A DNA stretch of 33,725 nt, from assembly GCA_046539845.1 (NCBI GenBank), contig JBKHGE010000023.1, positions 1 to 33,725 on the forward strand, given 5' to 3'. The number at the start of each line of letters is the position of its first letter. The stretch's first letter is position 1. Source of the stretch: Desulfonatronovibrionaceae bacterium. Lineage in GTDB: Bacteria > Desulfobacterota > Desulfovibrionia > Desulfovibrionales > Desulfonatronovibrionaceae. Shown here one piece after another: positions 8,868 through 17,284 of this stretch. Made by a program: the position numbers and the translations under genes. The notes under the pieces are model-generated. The model was given only the letters and a program-made list of their open reading frames with translations. It had not been told where the DNA came from and made no database searches.

Positions 8868-9933
8868 GCCGGATTGCCTGTCTGATCGGCGCGAGGGAAC
8901 TCAATAATAAAGGAAGTACCCTGTCCGACCGTGCTCTCTATTTTATGTTCTCCGTTGAAATCTCTGATAATGCCGTAGGAGATGGCCAGCCCCAGGCCCA
9001 TACCCTGGCCTGTCTCTTTGGTGGTGAAAAAGGGCTCGAATATGTTATCCTGGATATCTTCGGCTATCCCGATTCCGTTGTCCTCGATCCGTACACTTAC
9101 CTTTTCCAGACTAGACGATGTGCTTATTCTGATCAAACCTTTTTTGGGCCGTGGATAATTGTCCATCCTCTCCAGGATGGCGTCTCTGGCATTGGTTATT
9201 ACGTTGAAGAACACCTGCTGCAGACGGTTGTCCTGGGCGTAGATCAGGGGCAGGTCCTCTTTCAGGTCCACTTCGAATTCGATATTGTCCAGGTGGAATT
9301 GGCTCATGAGTACGGACAAGACCCCGGAGACAGGCCTGTTGATATCAATTTTTTCCTTAAACAGCGTGGACTTGCGGCCAAAGGCTCGCAGGTTGTTGAT
9401 TATCCCGGTGGCCCTGTCCACTTGGCTGCTTATGTCCTTGAGGATGTCCAGGGTGATTTTATCCTTTGTCTGCGGGTCTTTTTCCATGGACATGAGCAGG
9501 TAGTCGCTGCCCATGCGGATGGCGTTTAAGGGCTGGTTTAATTCATGGGCCACTCCGGCGGACATTTCCCCCAGGGTCTTCATCTTGCTGGCCTGGATGA
9601 GCTGGGCGTCCTTTTCGATCATATCCGTGATGTCTGTGGAGGCGATAATAACCGCCTGCACCCCCTCATAGCTTATCGGAGAGACCCGGATGTTCACGAA
9701 AAAAGGAGTGCCGTCCTTTTTGTACTGCAGTCTTTTGGGATAGTGCTCCAGCCCGCCGGGGTCTGTATCCGTCTCAAAGTGTTCAATTATTTCCCGGTTG
9801 TGCTCCGGACCCAGATCCAGAAAGGATTTGCCCAGGATTTCTTCTTTGGGGTACTTATAGGTTTCCTCTGCCCGGGGGTTTATGTCCAGGATGCGGTAGC
9901 TGAATTGGTCGACGACAAAGATAGGGTCCGGTC
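8864..9933 (-). pseudogene. PAS sensor histidine kinase, apparently 5'-truncated
   Basis: PAS domain (PDPIFVVD..KKDGTPFFV), H-box AHELNQPL, N box NARDA, G1 DNGIGI, F box FEPFFTTK, G2 GMGLGL. The in-frame upstream extension to 10132 is the antisense of mobA, and no credible start precedes the PAS domain. Confidence 0.7.
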
Positions 9934-9968
9934 CTTTCCCCTGGACATAAGACAGGAAGGGCAGGACG

Positions 9969-10622
9969 ATGTCAGGGAAAAACCAGTGTATTGGGGTGGT
10001 TCTGGCCGGAGGCCGCAGCATGCGCCTGGGTCGGGACAAATGTCGGATCGATCTGGGCGGCCGGGACTTCGTGGCCCGTAGCGTGGACCTCTTGTCCGGG
10101 TTGTGTCCCGAGACCTGGGTGGTGGGGCGCAACGCTTCTGTCCACGGACTAAACGTCCCCTGGACATTGGACGACTATCCGGACCGGGGACCTCTGGGCG
10201 GTATCTTGACCGCACTTAATCGGGCCGAGGGAAGGCCTTGCCTTGTTCTGGCCTGCGACTTGCCATTTATGGATCAGGGGACATTGCGCACCCTTGTCCA
10301 GGCCAGGGGGCACAAAAGACCACATGCGGTGTTGACCACTTTTGAGCAAAGCGAGACCGGGTATATTGAATCCCTGGCTGCTGTTTATGAGCCGGAGGCA
10401 AAGAAGTTCCTTTTGGCGGGCATTGAACAGGGAAGACATAAATTGAGCCGCCTGATCCCTGCGGACTACAGGCATCCGGTGTATTATTCCCGGCAACAGT
10501 CCCTGCCGTTTTTCAATGTCAATTATCCGTGTGATCTGGCATTGTTGGAGAATTTCCGGGAGACGGTCATCTCTCGGGACAAATCGGGCGTTTTCTCCCT
10601 GGTCGGGGAGGCTGCGTCCTGA
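9969..10622 (+). CDS. mobA: Molybdenum cofactor guanylyltransferase
   Basis: VLAGGRSMRLGRDK, GPLGGILTAL, LACDLPF, FFNVNYP. Confidence 0.9.
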   Translation: MSGKNQCIGVVLAGGRSMRLGRDKCRIDLGGRDFVARSVDLLSGLCPETWVVGRNASVHGLNVPWTLDDYPDRGPLGGILTALNRAEGRPCLVLACDLPFMDQGTLRTLVQARGHKRPHAVLTTFEQSETGYIESLAAVYEPEAKKFLLAGIEQGRHKLSRLIPADYRHPVYYSRQQSLPFFNVNYPCDLALLENFRETVISRDKSGVFSLVGEAAS

Positions 10623-10636
10623 GGCAACCCTCCTCC

Positions 10637-10701
10637 GCTCCCTGTTCTTTAAAGCTGGGTTAAGCGGTTCGGCTCGCGGCAGGCTTTAAAGGACAGGGAG
10701 C
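10637..10701. repeat. 19-bp inverted repeat between mobA and fdhE
   Basis: GCTCCCTGTTCTTTAAAGC-N27-GCTTTAAAGGACAGGGAGC; one mismatch, which is a G-U pair on the + strand. Confidence 0.85.
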
Positions 10702-10802
10702 CAAAATTTTGCGGCCTTTTTTATTCTCGGCCAACGATTTTCGGCCCGTAAACGGGCGATTAGATGATCTGATGGCCAAAAATCTAAACCTGGAGGTATA
10801 AA

Positions 10803-11681
10803 TTGGATATTATTGCCGACAGGGAAGCGATCGAGAACCGATTCGCTTCACTGAAGACTATGGCCGGGAAGGGCGAGCTGGATCTTCCTCAGGATCTGAT
10901 CCAAATGCTGCACGAGGTCTGTCAAGAGCAAATCCGGACCGGACAGGGGGTTCAAGTACATATCGGAGAGGAGATGGTTACCCCGGCTGATAAACGGGCT
11001 TCCGGGGCCCCGCTTCTTCCCCGGGGGGAGTTTCCCATTGACCGCAAGAACGCCCGGGAGCTGTTTGATAGTACCCTGCGCATTGTCCGGGATACCGGGG
11101 AGCAGCTCAGGGAGGCGGCCGAAGTCGTGGAAAAAGAGGTCGCTGACCTGGAGCCCTGCTGGCAGGCTTTCCTTACCGGTGAGGATACGTTTTTTGCCCG
11201 TTTCGGGGAAAAGACACCACAGGCACCCAGGATATTGAACTTTTTAGTGCAGTCCAGCCTGATTCCGGGACTGGAGGCGGCGGGCAGGGAGCTCGATTCC
11301 CGCCGGGAAACCGAGGCCAAATGGGAGTTTGGATACTGCCCGGTGTGCGCAAGCCCGCCCCTTATGGGCTCTTTGCGTGGTAAAGAGGGCCGGCGGTACA
11401 TGACCTGCAGTTTCTGTCATACTGACTATTACGTCCCGCGTCTTGGTTGTCCCTTCTGCATGCGTTCCGGTCAGGGTCTGAATTATTTCACCATCAAGGA
11501 ATACCCCGGTTTCCGGGTGGATGTCTGCCGGGAGTGCAAGGGATACATCAAGGTGGCTGATTTCCGGGAGATGGACCGCACACACCTGCCCCTTTTGGAC
11601 GACCTGGAGACCGTAGGTCTGGATGCAGCGGCCCGCAGCCAGGATTACTACCGACCCACTCTGTCTCCGTGGGGGTTTTAG
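10803..11681 (+). CDS. fdhE: Formate dehydrogenase accessory protein FdhE
   Basis: Four CxxC motifs (GYCPVC, CSFC, CPFC, RVDVCRECKGYIK) and LLDDL..LD; TTG start with GGAGG RBS. Confidence 0.9.
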   Translation: MDIIADREAIENRFASLKTMAGKGELDLPQDLIQMLHEVCQEQIRTGQGVQVHIGEEMVTPADKRASGAPLLPRGEFPIDRKNARELFDSTLRIVRDTGEQLREAAEVVEKEVADLEPCWQAFLTGEDTFFARFGEKTPQAPRILNFLVQSSLIPGLEAAGRELDSRRETEAKWEFGYCPVCASPPLMGSLRGKEGRRYMTCSFCHTDYYVPRLGCPFCMRSGQGLNYFTIKEYPGFRVDVCRECKGYIKVADFREMDRTHLPLLDDLETVGLDAAARSQDYYRPTLSPWGF

Positions 11682-11876
11682 CCGGCCGCTTTTAGAGTCG
11701 CAATGGCAGCAAGGAAGGAATAGATTCAAAGGTTTATTTTATAGATAACTGCCCTTAGACCGTGAACTCCCTTGTCTCGTTCGTTGGGATGTTTCCACGG
11801 CCCGGGTTACAGGTGTTTTTTCAGAGGTCAGCTAGACCGGTTCTGTGGTTTTATAGGCAATAGGAGCAGGCGCTGA

Positions 11877-12743
11877 TCACTTATCTATAAAGGCGGCCGC
11901 GTTATAGCTGGACCGGACGAGGGGAGCGGCGAATACATGTCTGATCCCGGCTGCTTCGCCCACCCTGCGGTACTGTTCAAAGGTCTGCGGGGGGACATAT
12001 CTTTGGACCCGGGGATGGCTTGCCGAGGGGCGCATGTATTGGCCGATAGTGACTATGTCGCATTCCGCCCGGGCCAGGTCGTGCAGGATCCCTGAGATCT
12101 GGGTGTCTGTTTCCCCCAGTCCGACCATAAATCCGGACTTGGTTTTAATATCCGGTGCGGTTCTCTTGGCCTGTTTTAAAAGGTTCAGGCTCTGCCGGTA
12201 GTCGGCCTGGGGCCGGATATCCGGATACAGCTCCGGGGCGGTCTCCAAGTTGTGGTTCAATACCTCCGGGCGCATGTCCAGGACTTTTTTCAGATCCTTT
12301 TTGTGGCCCTGAAAATCCGGGATCAGGACTTCCACGCTGGTGTTTTCCGAGTGACCGCGGATCTCTTCTATTACCCGGGCAAAGTGTGCCGCGCCTCCGT
12401 CCGGCAGGTCGTCCCTGGTGACCGAGGTGATGACCGCGTGTCTGAGTCTCAGGCGCAAGACCGCTTCGGCCACGCGTTCCGGCTCGGTTGCATCCACAGG
12501 CTCGGGCCGGCCCGGGGAAATATTGCAAAAGGCGCAGTTACGGGTGCAGTTTTTCCCCAGGACAAGGAAAGCGGCCACTTTTTGGGAAAAGCATTCAAAG
12601 ATGTTCGGGCATTTGGCATCCTGGCATACGGTCCGAAGCCCCAGGTCCCGGAGCAGTTTTCCGGTCCCGGTGAAATCCCTGCCCTTGGGCAGTTTGATGC
12701 GAAGCCAGGGTGGTATGCGCGAATTGTCTGAGCATGTTTGCAC
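11877..12743 (-). CDS. lipA: Lipoyl synthase
   Basis: TVCQDAKCPNIFEC auxiliary cluster motif, radical SAM CTRNCAFC, VITSVTRDDL, PLVRSSY; GTG start with AGGAGG RBS. Confidence 0.96.
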   Translation of the reverse strand: MQTCSDNSRIPPWLRIKLPKGRDFTGTGKLLRDLGLRTVCQDAKCPNIFECFSQKVAAFLVLGKNCTRNCAFCNISPGRPEPVDATEPERVAEAVLRLRLRHAVITSVTRDDLPDGGAAHFARVIEEIRGHSENTSVEVLIPDFQGHKKDLKKVLDMRPEVLNHNLETAPELYPDIRPQADYRQSLNLLKQAKRTAPDIKTKSGFMVGLGETDTQISGILHDLARAECDIVTIGQYMRPSASHPRVQRYVPPQTFEQYRRVGEAAGIRHVFAAPLVRSSYNAAAFIDK

Positions 12744-13338
12744 TTAAGACCTCCTTTATTTCTTCATATCCGACTCGCTGGTCATTTCGCTCCCGGCAGA
12801 CAGAGGTCTGCGCGGCATCTTTCAGCCCGCAGGGGGTTATGTACCTAAAAAGGCTCAGATCCGGTCCTACATTCAAGGACAAACCGTGATAGGAGACCCA
12901 GTGCCGGACCGCGATTCCAATGGAGGCGATCTTCTTCTTGTTTGTCCACACACCCGGGTAGCCGGGCCGGGCCTCAGCCGGAATGCAAAAGAAGTGTAGG
13001 GTGTTGATCACCGCTTCCTGCAGGTCAAAGATCAATTTCTTTATCCCCCCGGGGCGTTTTTCCACACCCAGCACCGGATACATGACGAGCTGATCCGGGA
13101 AGTGACAGGTGATATCCCCGCCCCGAGTGGTTGGAATAATCTCAATGCCCTGCTCTTTAAGCTCGTTTTCGCTTATAAGCAGGTTTTCCCGCCCCCCGTT
13201 TCTGCCCAGGGTAATTACCGCTGGGTGGCGCAGGAAAAACACGGTCTCTTTCCCGCCGCAGCGGACTTCTTCCAGCCGTCGGAGCTGAATGTCCACTGCC
13301 TCTGTGTACGGGATCAGTCCCAGATCAATGATATCCAT
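12595..13338 (-). CDS. lipB: Octanoyltransferase
   Basis: HPAVITLGR, RGGDITCH, KIASIG, HGLSLNV, ITPCG. Start MDIIDLG at 13338 preferred over 13401. Confidence 0.92.
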   Translation of the reverse strand: MDIIDLGLIPYTEAVDIQLRRLEEVRCGGKETVFFLRHPAVITLGRNGGRENLLISENELKEQGIEIIPTTRGGDITCHFPDQLVMYPVLGVEKRPGGIKKLIFDLQEAVINTLHFFCIPAEARPGYPGVWTNKKKIASIGIAVRHWVSYHGLSLNVGPDLSLFRYITPCGLKDAAQTSVCRERNDQRVGYEEIKEVLSANMLRQFAHTTLASHQTAQGQGFHRDRKTAPGPGASDRMPGCQMPEHL

Positions 13339-13429
13339 TTTATTTCCGGACACAAATTCAGGCAAAATTTCGAAGTTAAGAGTCTGCAACTCAAATACCA
13401 AACATTGATTTCAGATGCTGCTTCGGGCA

Positions 13430-14332
13430 TCAGGCACCCGGCCTGCTGCTTGGGATGTTTTTGTTCAGTTTATGCATCTCCCGCATCCCGGCCCAGGAAT
13501 GCCACAGGATTGTCATAAGGATGATTCCCCCGCCCAGAAAGGTGGCCTCGGGGATCATCTCCCCGATAAACAGCCAGACCCAGATCGGGGCAAGTAAGGT
13601 TTCCACCAGCAAAAACAGGCTTACTTCCGGCGAGGGTAGGTACCTGGTGCTCTGGGCGATGAGGATGAGCGCGGCCGGCATCTGTACCAGCCCCATCAGG
13701 GCCAGCACCGCGTATGTCTCTGCCGGGAGATGCAAGGGGGCGGCCAGGGGCAGGGAGACTATACACATGACCAGGCCCCCCAGGCAGATGAGGACAAACC
13801 TGTCCAGGGAGCTGAAGCGGCGCAAGAGGGTGAGATTGGCCCCCATTAAGCAGGCGGCCAGAAGGGCGATCAGATCTCCCTTGATCCCGCCGAAGCGCAG
13901 AGATCCGGAAAACACGACCACCACCCCGCAGAGCGCAGCGGCAATGGCCGCCCATGTGCGCATGCCGATCTTGTCTATTCGGAATATCCGGGTGAATATG
14001 GCGGCGAAAAGCGGGGAGGCACTGATAAGGACTACTGCATTGGCCACCTTGGTATGCATGATGGAACTCACAAAGCAGGTCCCGCCCAGTCCGAAGAATA
14101 TCGCGGAACAGGCACCGGCGATCCAGATCTTTTTTTTCCGGGGCAGGGAGGGCTTTTTTTTGATCAAACATATAGCGCCCACGGAAAAGAACATGAATAT
14201 GCCCCGCCAGAAAAGGATATTCCAGCTCCCGGTCTGGGCCAGGCGGACCAAAAGGGAGTCCAGGCTGAGTATGGCCACTCCCAGGCCGACAATGGCCAGC
14301 CCTTTTTTTTTGTCTGTATGCATGGGCTTCAT
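13430..14332 (-). CDS. DMT/EamA-family transporter
   Basis: About 10 hydrophobic segments in two repeats; SPLFAA, GDLIAL, ETLLAPIWVWLFIGE. Confidence 0.9.
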   Translation of the reverse strand: MKPMHTDKKKGLAIVGLGVAILSLDSLLVRLAQTGSWNILFWRGIFMFFSVGAICLIKKKPSLPRKKKIWIAGACSAIFFGLGGTCFVSSIMHTKVANAVVLISASPLFAAIFTRIFRIDKIGMRTWAAIAAALCGVVVVFSGSLRFGGIKGDLIALLAACLMGANLTLLRRFSSLDRFVLICLGGLVMCIVSLPLAAPLHLPAETYAVLALMGLVQMPAALILIAQSTRYLPSPEVSLFLLVETLLAPIWVWLFIGEMIPEATFLGGGIILMTILWHSWAGMREMHKLNKNIPSSRPGA

Positions 14333-14432
14333 CCGGTAAGATCGTTTGGGGGATAGAGGGCTGTATGTAATTCATCCCTGGCGTCTGTCGCGAAGCCGCG
14401 GAGAGATTATATCCTTTATTCGCTTTCAGGGC

Positions 14433-14474
14433 AAATAAAGCAGCCCCGGATCAGGAATCGACCCGGGGCTGCTT
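14433..14474 (-). terminator. Rho-independent terminator after the lipoprotein proX
   Basis: AAGCAGCCCCGG-loop-CCGGGGCTGCTT followed by TATTT on the minus strand. Confidence 0.75.
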
Positions 14475-14497
14475 GGCCGCGTCATTCCAATCTTTGG

Positions 14498-15607
14498 TTA
14501 TTGACCGGCCGCTTCTCTGGCTTTTTTCTGCCATTCGATCCACTTGTCTTTGTTCGCCTTTATCCATTCTGTAGCGTGCTTTTCCACGTCCTCCTGGGTG
14601 TCCTCGCCTTCAAACATCTTCTGGTTTTGAGTGGTTATGTCGTCAAAGGAAACAGACATGAGTTCGAACAGCTTTTTGGCGCCCGGGTTGTTGTCCAAAA
14701 ACTCCTTGTTGGCCACTACCCGGATGTCGTTGGCTGCAAAGCCCATATTGATGGGGTCGGTTACCGCCCCGTCTATATCGTTTCCGACAAGGGCCTCCTG
14801 GGGATTATCCAGGTCCTCCTGCTCCGGGGTGGGCTTGATCTCCGGGACGCCGATCCACAGGACGTCTTCGCCCGGCTTGAGTTTGTTCACCGTCCAGTTC
14901 GGGGTCCAGGTGTAAAAGAACACCGGTTCGCCGTTTTTGTGTTTGGCCACCTCGGAACTCATGCTCGCAGAGTATGACCCGGTGGTCACGTCAATGTTTT
15001 CGGCCACTTCCGGATAGGCCTCTTCCATGTGATAGGTGATTATCTTGTGGCATCCCCAGCCCGGAGGGCAGCCGACCATTTCCGCCTTGCCATCGTTGTC
15101 CACGTCAAAGGCCTCGACTACTTCCTCGCGCTTGAAATCAGCCAGGCTCTTTATGTCGTATTCTTCCACCAGGTCCTTGGAGGCCAGATAACCCTGCACG
15201 GCGCCGTTTTTAACGATATAGCCCACTTTTTCGGCCTTTTGATCGAAGTCGTCCGGGAGCATCTTGTTGTGCAGCGGGAACCAGCCGTTGGCCCAGAAGT
15301 CCAGGTCGCCGTCAACTAGGGACTGATAGAAGATGGGCCCGCTGACCTCCTTGTATTTTTCCACTTCATAGCCCATGTGTTCCAGGGCCCGGGTGTAGAT
15401 GGCCTCCAAAATAAATCCGCTGTTCCAAGTGGCCCGGGCCGGGCGCACCTTTTTGCCGCTGCCCGGATAGGTGGAGAATTCCTGGTTTACGAAAGCGCAT
15501 TCAAAATCCGGTGCTTCAGCGGTCTCTTTTTGTTCGCAGCTCATAAGCGGGACCAGTAGAACAGCCCCGAGTAAAAAAATTGTCAGTGCCTTGAGTTTGG
15601 ATTGCAT
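14498..15607 (-). CDS. proX: Glycine betaine/proline betaine ABC substrate-binding protein, predicted lipoprotein
   Basis: Three-Trp betaine box motifs NGWFPLH, GCPPGWGC, YTWTPNW; lipobox-like LMSC after a hydrophobic signal. Confidence 0.9.
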   Translation of the reverse strand: MQSKLKALTIFLLGAVLLVPLMSCEQKETAEAPDFECAFVNQEFSTYPGSGKKVRPARATWNSGFILEAIYTRALEHMGYEVEKYKEVSGPIFYQSLVDGDLDFWANGWFPLHNKMLPDDFDQKAEKVGYIVKNGAVQGYLASKDLVEEYDIKSLADFKREEVVEAFDVDNDGKAEMVGCPPGWGCHKIITYHMEEAYPEVAENIDVTTGSYSASMSSEVAKHKNGEPVFFYTWTPNWTVNKLKPGEDVLWIGVPEIKPTPEQEDLDNPQEALVGNDIDGAVTDPINMGFAANDIRVVANKEFLDNNPGAKKLFELMSVSFDDITTQNQKMFEGEDTQEDVEKHATEWIKANKDKWIEWQKKAREAAGQ

Positions 15608-15853
15608 GTTGCCCCTCCTTTTATTCAGGTTTAAAAATTATTTCTGGGCTACAAAACGCAAAGCATGCACAAAAGGCGAATCTTGCCACTAAATACGAAA
15701 AAATTAAGCATCATGCGCTGTGCAGACAAGGAAATAATGGCCGTTTAAGTCTGCATTAATTCCCATGCGTCCAGTCCAGCGTTTTTTAGAAAGCACATAT
15801 TTTTGTCCGCTAAAAAGCTTGTCTCCGATACACATTATCGGGACACCTAAAAA

Positions 15854-15882
15854 AAGTTAAATCCGGTTTTTGGGCGTGTCAA
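15854..15882 (-). promoter_or_regulatory. Putative sigma70 promoter of the lipoprotein proX
   Basis: TTGACA-N17-TAACTT on the minus strand, downstream of the terminator at 16007-16040. Confidence 0.55.
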
Positions 15883-16006
15883 CCGTGTCCGTATAGAAGC
15901 GGTTTTGTCCTGTGCAGGAAGGGGGCGGGTTGTTTGTTTAAGCGGGCTTTCCGATTGAAACACCAGAAAGGATCAAGCGGATGAGATCCATCGCCGGGGT
16001 CCGGGA

Positions 16007-16040
16007 ATTAAATAAGGCCCCGCCAGGGGCGGGGCCTTTT
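16007..16040 (-). terminator. Rho-independent terminator after the soluble proX (possibly bidirectional)
   Basis: AAGGCCCCGCC-3nt-GGCGGGGCCTT with T-rich tails on both strands. Confidence 0.8.
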
Positions 16041-16052
16041 AGGAACGGTTTT

Positions 16053-17144
16053 TTACTTGGCGGCCTCTCTGGCTTCTCTCTGCCACTTGATCCATTTGTC
16101 CTTGTTGGCCTGGATCCATTCCGTGGCATGCTTTTCTATATCCTCTTGACTGTCTTCGCCGGCGAACATCTTGTCGTTCTGAGCGGCAATATCCTCAAAA
16201 GGCACACTCATGACCTCGAGCAACTTCTTTACCGCCGGGTTGTCCTGCAGGAATTCCTTGTTGGCCACCGGCCGGATATCGTTGGCGGCAAAACCGAACT
16301 CGATGGGATCGGAAACCGCGCCCGGGATATCGTGCCCGGTCAATGCGGCCTCAGGGTCCTTGAGTTCTTTCTGGGCGTCGTTGGGGATGATCTCCGGGAC
16401 GCCGATCCACAGGACATCCTCGCCCGGCTTGAGTTTGTTCACCGTCCAGTTCGGGGTCCAGGTGAAAAAGAACACCGGCTCGCCGTTTTTATGCCTGGAC
16501 ACGGCATCGGCCATGCTCGCGGCATAGGAGGCCTTGATCACGTTGATGTTTTCGCCCACTTCCGGGTAGGCCTCTTCCATGTGAAAGGTAATGGCCTGCT
16601 CGCAGCCCCAGCCCGGAGGGCAGCCGACCATGTCCGCCTTGCCGTCATTGTCTACGTCAAAGGCCTCTCTGACTTCCTTGCGCTTGAAGTCGGCCAAGGT
16701 CTTTATGTCGTATTTCTCCACCAGGTCCTTGGAGGCCAGATAGCCCTGGAGGGCGCCGCTTTTGACCACATAGCCCACTCTTTCGGCCTTGTCATCGAAA
16801 TTGCCGGGGAGCTGCTTGTTCTGCAGCGGGAACCAGCCGTTGGCCCAGTAGTCCAGATCCCCGTCTACTACGGACTGGTAGAAGATAGGGTTACTTACTT
16901 CCTTATATTTCTCGACATCATAGCCCAGATGCTCCAGGGCCCGGCTGTAAATGGCCTCCAGGATGAATCCAGATGTCCAGGAGCAGCGTCCCGGCTTTAC
17001 CGTGACTCCGTCACCAGGAAAGGTGGAGAATTCCTGGTTTATAAAGTCAACTTCAAAGTCCTTGGCCTGTGCGTTGCCGGTAAGCGGCAGCATTAAGACT
17101 GCACTGAACAGTAAAATGAACAGGGCTTTACTTGTGGTCCTCAT
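16053..17144 (-). CDS. proX: Glycine betaine/proline betaine ABC substrate-binding protein, predicted soluble periplasmic
   Basis: NGWFPLQ, GCPPGWGC, FTWTPNW; signal peptide ending AQA-K. Paralogue of 14498-15607. Confidence 0.9.
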   Translation of the reverse strand: MRTTSKALFILLFSAVLMLPLTGNAQAKDFEVDFINQEFSTFPGDGVTVKPGRCSWTSGFILEAIYSRALEHLGYDVEKYKEVSNPIFYQSVVDGDLDYWANGWFPLQNKQLPGNFDDKAERVGYVVKSGALQGYLASKDLVEKYDIKTLADFKRKEVREAFDVDNDGKADMVGCPPGWGCEQAITFHMEEAYPEVGENINVIKASYAASMADAVSRHKNGEPVFFFTWTPNWTVNKLKPGEDVLWIGVPEIIPNDAQKELKDPEAALTGHDIPGAVSDPIEFGFAANDIRPVANKEFLQDNPAVKKLLEVMSVPFEDIAAQNDKMFAGEDSQEDIEKHATEWIQANKDKWIKWQREAREAAK

Positions 17145-17284
17145 AAGAGACCTCCTTTGGTTTGTGTGGTTTTAAGTTGGAAACAGAATTTCATTTACCA
17201 CACGCTTCATATAGATATGCCTTCAAGCCGGCACAAAGGTTTTGTGCCGACAAATATCGGCTAAGATAGCCGGAAGATATGGCT

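Noticed and set aside
9934..10132. N-terminal extension of the histidine kinase ORF
   Set aside because: It is mostly the antisense of mobA and has non-protein-like composition.
10620..10701. Selenocysteine readthrough of the mobA TGA using the downstream hairpin as SECIS
   Set aside because: An in-frame TAA follows after 9 codons, MobA is already complete, and the hairpin does not resemble a bacterial SECIS.
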